A DNA stretch of 1,046 nt, taken from NCBI RefSeq assembly GCF_003334305.1, contig NZ_QOWS01000063.1, one strand, 5' to 3'. Positions within the stretch are counted from its first letter, which is position 1; every line of letters begins with the position of its first letter. Of the stretch, positions 1 through 1,046 are shown piece by piece. The translations under genes and the position numbers were made by a program. The stretch is from Escherichia coli (GTDB taxonomy: Bacteria; Pseudomonadota; Gammaproteobacteria; Enterobacterales; Enterobacteriaceae). The notes beneath the pieces were generated by a model. It had not been told where the DNA came from. It saw only the letters and a list, made by a program, of their open reading frames with translations, and did not search any database.

Positions 1-92
1 GGCGCGCCAATTCTTACACCTGCCGAACCCTGGACAATGGGACCGCCATACTGAGTCATATCTCCCTGACGCGCCGCTGGTTTTCCGCTCAT
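1..92 (-). CDS. rhs: Rhs-family protein with N-terminal PAAR domain, first 30 codons only (3'-partial; continues beyond the left edge). Likely a T6SS cargo toxin carried on the VgrG tip.
   Basis: Seen in sequence: ATG at 92..90 (minus strand) opens a frame reading MSGKPAARQGDMTQYGGPIVQGSAGVRIGA(P) with no stop before the window edge. It contains a literal P-A-A-R tetrapeptide at residues 5-8 followed by a GG-x-I-x-x-GS-x-x-V-x-IG pattern typical of PAAR-domain starts. From memory this N-terminus matches that of Escherichia coli Rhs core proteins; the specific paralogue cannot be assigned from 30 residues. It lies 66 bp downstream of the vgrG stop on the same strand. This ORF is absent from the supplied track because it is short and runs off the edge. 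Confidence 0.85.
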   Translation of the reverse strand, partial: MSGKPAARQGDMTQYGGPIVQGSAGVRIGA

Positions 93-99
93 GATTCAA

Positions 100-105
100 T
101 TCCTT
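100..105 (-). promoter_or_regulatory. Shine-Dalgarno sequence for the rhs start codon
   Basis: Minus-strand AAGGAA (plus-strand ttcctt at 100-105) sits 7 nt upstream of the ATG at 92..90 (spacer ATTGAAT), a good match in composition and spacing to an enterobacterial ribosome-binding site. Confidence 0.55.
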
Positions 106-158
106 CTTCTGTTTATTTTTAATGCTTGTTTGTTACTGAATACCGAACAGGTACGGGA

Positions 159-1046
159 TCAGTACTCTCTCATATCCGGCGTATCCTGCTTTTCATCAGG
201 GGTCTTCGGTGGGGATTTCGAGGCTGCACAGTTCCAGTTAATCAACAGTGAGTCACCATTAACCTGCTCCTTACCCTGCAAATGAATTTTTGTGCCGTTG
301 AGAAAAATTTGTCCGTCCTTCGTCAGCACCAGCCTTGCCTTACCACAGCAGAGCTCCAGATGCTCACCGGCGGAGTAAATCGCGGTCTGCCCGGTATCAT
401 CCTTTTTCGTTTTACCAACGGTGAAGGTAACGTTATTTCCGACTTTGACGTCATAACCCAGCCCGACCCTCAACGATTTATGCAAACCGATCTGCGAGGA
501 CTGCATCAGAGCCACCGAAGTGTTCATAATGCCACCTACCGTCGTCTGGTACGCCACGCCCACGGTCAGCGCACGAACAAGTCCAATCGTTTCCACCTGA
601 ACAGAACCCACGTTAATGATCTGGTTACTGCCCACCGTCTCTATCTGGTTAACGCCCACCGTCTGTATCTGATTGTTGGTAACCGCAATCATCTGATTGT
701 TGCCAATGGTCTCAGCATGGTTGTTTATCACATCCGTGGTGCGGTTATTCAGCACCTCGGTGTTCATGTTCTTCTGCGCGTGGATGTAGACCTGTTCTTT
801 CCCTGTCGCATCGTCAAACTTCAGTTCATTAAACCCGCTGCCCTTATAGGTTTTCGAACGAATGGTCATCTGCGTCTTTGTTCCCGGCAGGCTGCCGGGT
901 GTGCGGTTTTCCTGGTGGTAGGTACGCCCCATAATAATCGGCTGGTCCGGATCGCCGTTGAGGAAGTCCACAATCACCTCCTGACCCACACGCGGTATCG
1001 CCAGGTGGCCAAAACCGGTGCCTGCCCACGCCTGTGCCACACGGAT
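159..1046 (-). CDS. vgrG: T6SS spike protein VgrG, C-terminal portion (5'-partial; N-terminus lies beyond the right edge). Stop codon TGA at 159-161.
   Basis: Seen in sequence: the 293-aa ORF 159..1040 stays open to the window edge (codons 1041-1046 read I-R in frame; codon 1038-1040 is GTG, so the track's M is an internal Val). The translation contains the VgrG/gp5 OB-fold region motif (R)VAQAWAGTGFG...PRVGQEVIVDFLNGDPDQPIIMGRTY, then regularly spaced Val-Gly octapeptide repeats (TTDVINNH/AETIGNNQ/MIAVTNNQ/IQTVGVNQ/IETVGSNQ/IINVGSVQ/VETIGLVR) typical of the gp5-like beta-helix, then a ~100-aa C-terminal region ending ...SKSPPKTPDEKQDTPDMREY*. Family assignment is from recalled knowledge of VgrG/Rhs-associated vgr proteins; no search was run. 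Confidence 0.92.
   Translation of the reverse strand: MRVAQAWAGTGFGHLAIPRVGQEVIVDFLNGDPDQPIIMGRTYHQENRTPGSLPGTKTQMTIRSKTYKGSGFNELKFDDATGKEQVYIHAQKNMNTEVLNNRTTDVINNHAETIGNNQMIAVTNNQIQTVGVNQIETVGSNQIINVGSVQVETIGLVRALTVGVAYQTTVGGIMNTSVALMQSSQIGLHKSLRVGLGYDVKVGNNVTFTVGKTKKDDTGQTAIYSAGEHLELCCGKARLVLTKDGQIFLNGTKIHLQGKEQVNGDSLLINWNCAASKSPPKTPDEKQDTPDMREY
573..740 (-). repeat. Intragenic 24-nt (8-codon) tandem repeats encoding the VgrG gp5-like beta-helix, seven units
   Basis: Seen in sequence: consecutive 24-nt units at 573-596, 597-620, 621-644, 645-668, 669-692, 693-716 and 717-740 each encode an octapeptide ending in Q/H/R with V/I-G spacing. Units 621-644 (ctggttactgcccaccgtctctat) and 645-668 (ctggttaacgcccaccgtctgtat) match at 21 of 24 positions. 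This is a coding repeat inside vgrG, not an independent element. Confidence 0.7.

Noticed and set aside
1-8. GGCGCGCC (AscI 8-cutter site) exactly at the window start, which could suggest a cloning or vector junction
   Set aside because: It sits in frame within the Rhs coding sequence and encodes the G-A-P that continues the Rhs N-terminal PAAR region. GC-rich palindromes occur by chance in coding DNA of about 50% GC, and nothing else suggests vector sequence.
93-158. Possible sigma70 promoter for rhs in the spacer (TAAAAAT-like -10 around 115-121 on the minus strand)
   Set aside because: Only a weak -10-like A/T hexamer with no convincing -35 at 16-18 bp spacing (best candidate TTCAGT is 3/6 and mis-spaced). 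AT-richness alone is not evidence, so it is not reported as a feature; the operon-versus-internal-promoter question is left to the finding above.
91-285. Plus-strand 64-aa ORF (MIQFLLLFIFNACLLL...) with a hydrophobic, signal-peptide-like N-terminus
   Set aside because: It is antisense to the rhs start codon, the whole intergenic spacer and the vgrG 3' end. Its hydrophobic start is simply the translation of the A-rich spacer's complement (T-rich gives Phe/Leu codons). No convincing ribosome-binding site was seen upstream of 91. Most likely a shadow ORF.
844-1029. Minus-strand 61-aa ORF in an alternative frame (MGRHRFWPPGDTACGSGGDCG...)
   Set aside because: It lies entirely inside the well-supported vgrG frame, has a Gly/Pro/Arg-rich low-complexity composition typical of out-of-frame translation of coding DNA, and has no independent start signals.
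1038-1040. Apparent VgrG start codon (track 'M' at 1040)
   Set aside because: The codon is GTG and the frame stays open upstream to the window edge (I-R encoded by 1041-1046). The conserved OB-fold motif here normally lies several hundred residues into VgrG, so this is an internal valine, not the initiator.

Overview
The window is the junction of two co-oriented minus-strand genes from a type VI secretion system (T6SS) spike/cargo locus, most likely enterobacterial. (1) Bases 159..1046 encode the C-terminal ~295 residues of a VgrG spike protein; its 5' end runs off the right edge, and the 'M' the ORF track places at 1040 is an internal GTG codon, not the real start. The visible part covers the gp5-like OB-fold motif, a Val-Gly octapeptide beta-helix encoded by 24-nt tandem repeats, and a short charged/Pro-rich C-terminal tail. 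(2) After a 66-bp AT-rich spacer with no terminator-like hairpin, an Rhs-family gene starts at base 92 and runs off the left edge. Its first 30 residues read MSGKPAARQGDMTQYGGPIVQGSAGVRIGA, i.e. a literal PAAR motif at residues 5-8, preceded by an AAGGAA ribosome-binding site. Nothing in the window itself is clearly a previously undescribed system: this is a canonical VgrG-Rhs(PAAR) effector module. The variable parts (Rhs C-terminal toxin and immunity gene) would lie beyond the left edge. The findings are mostly architectural observations; the other two ORF-track entries are judged spurious.
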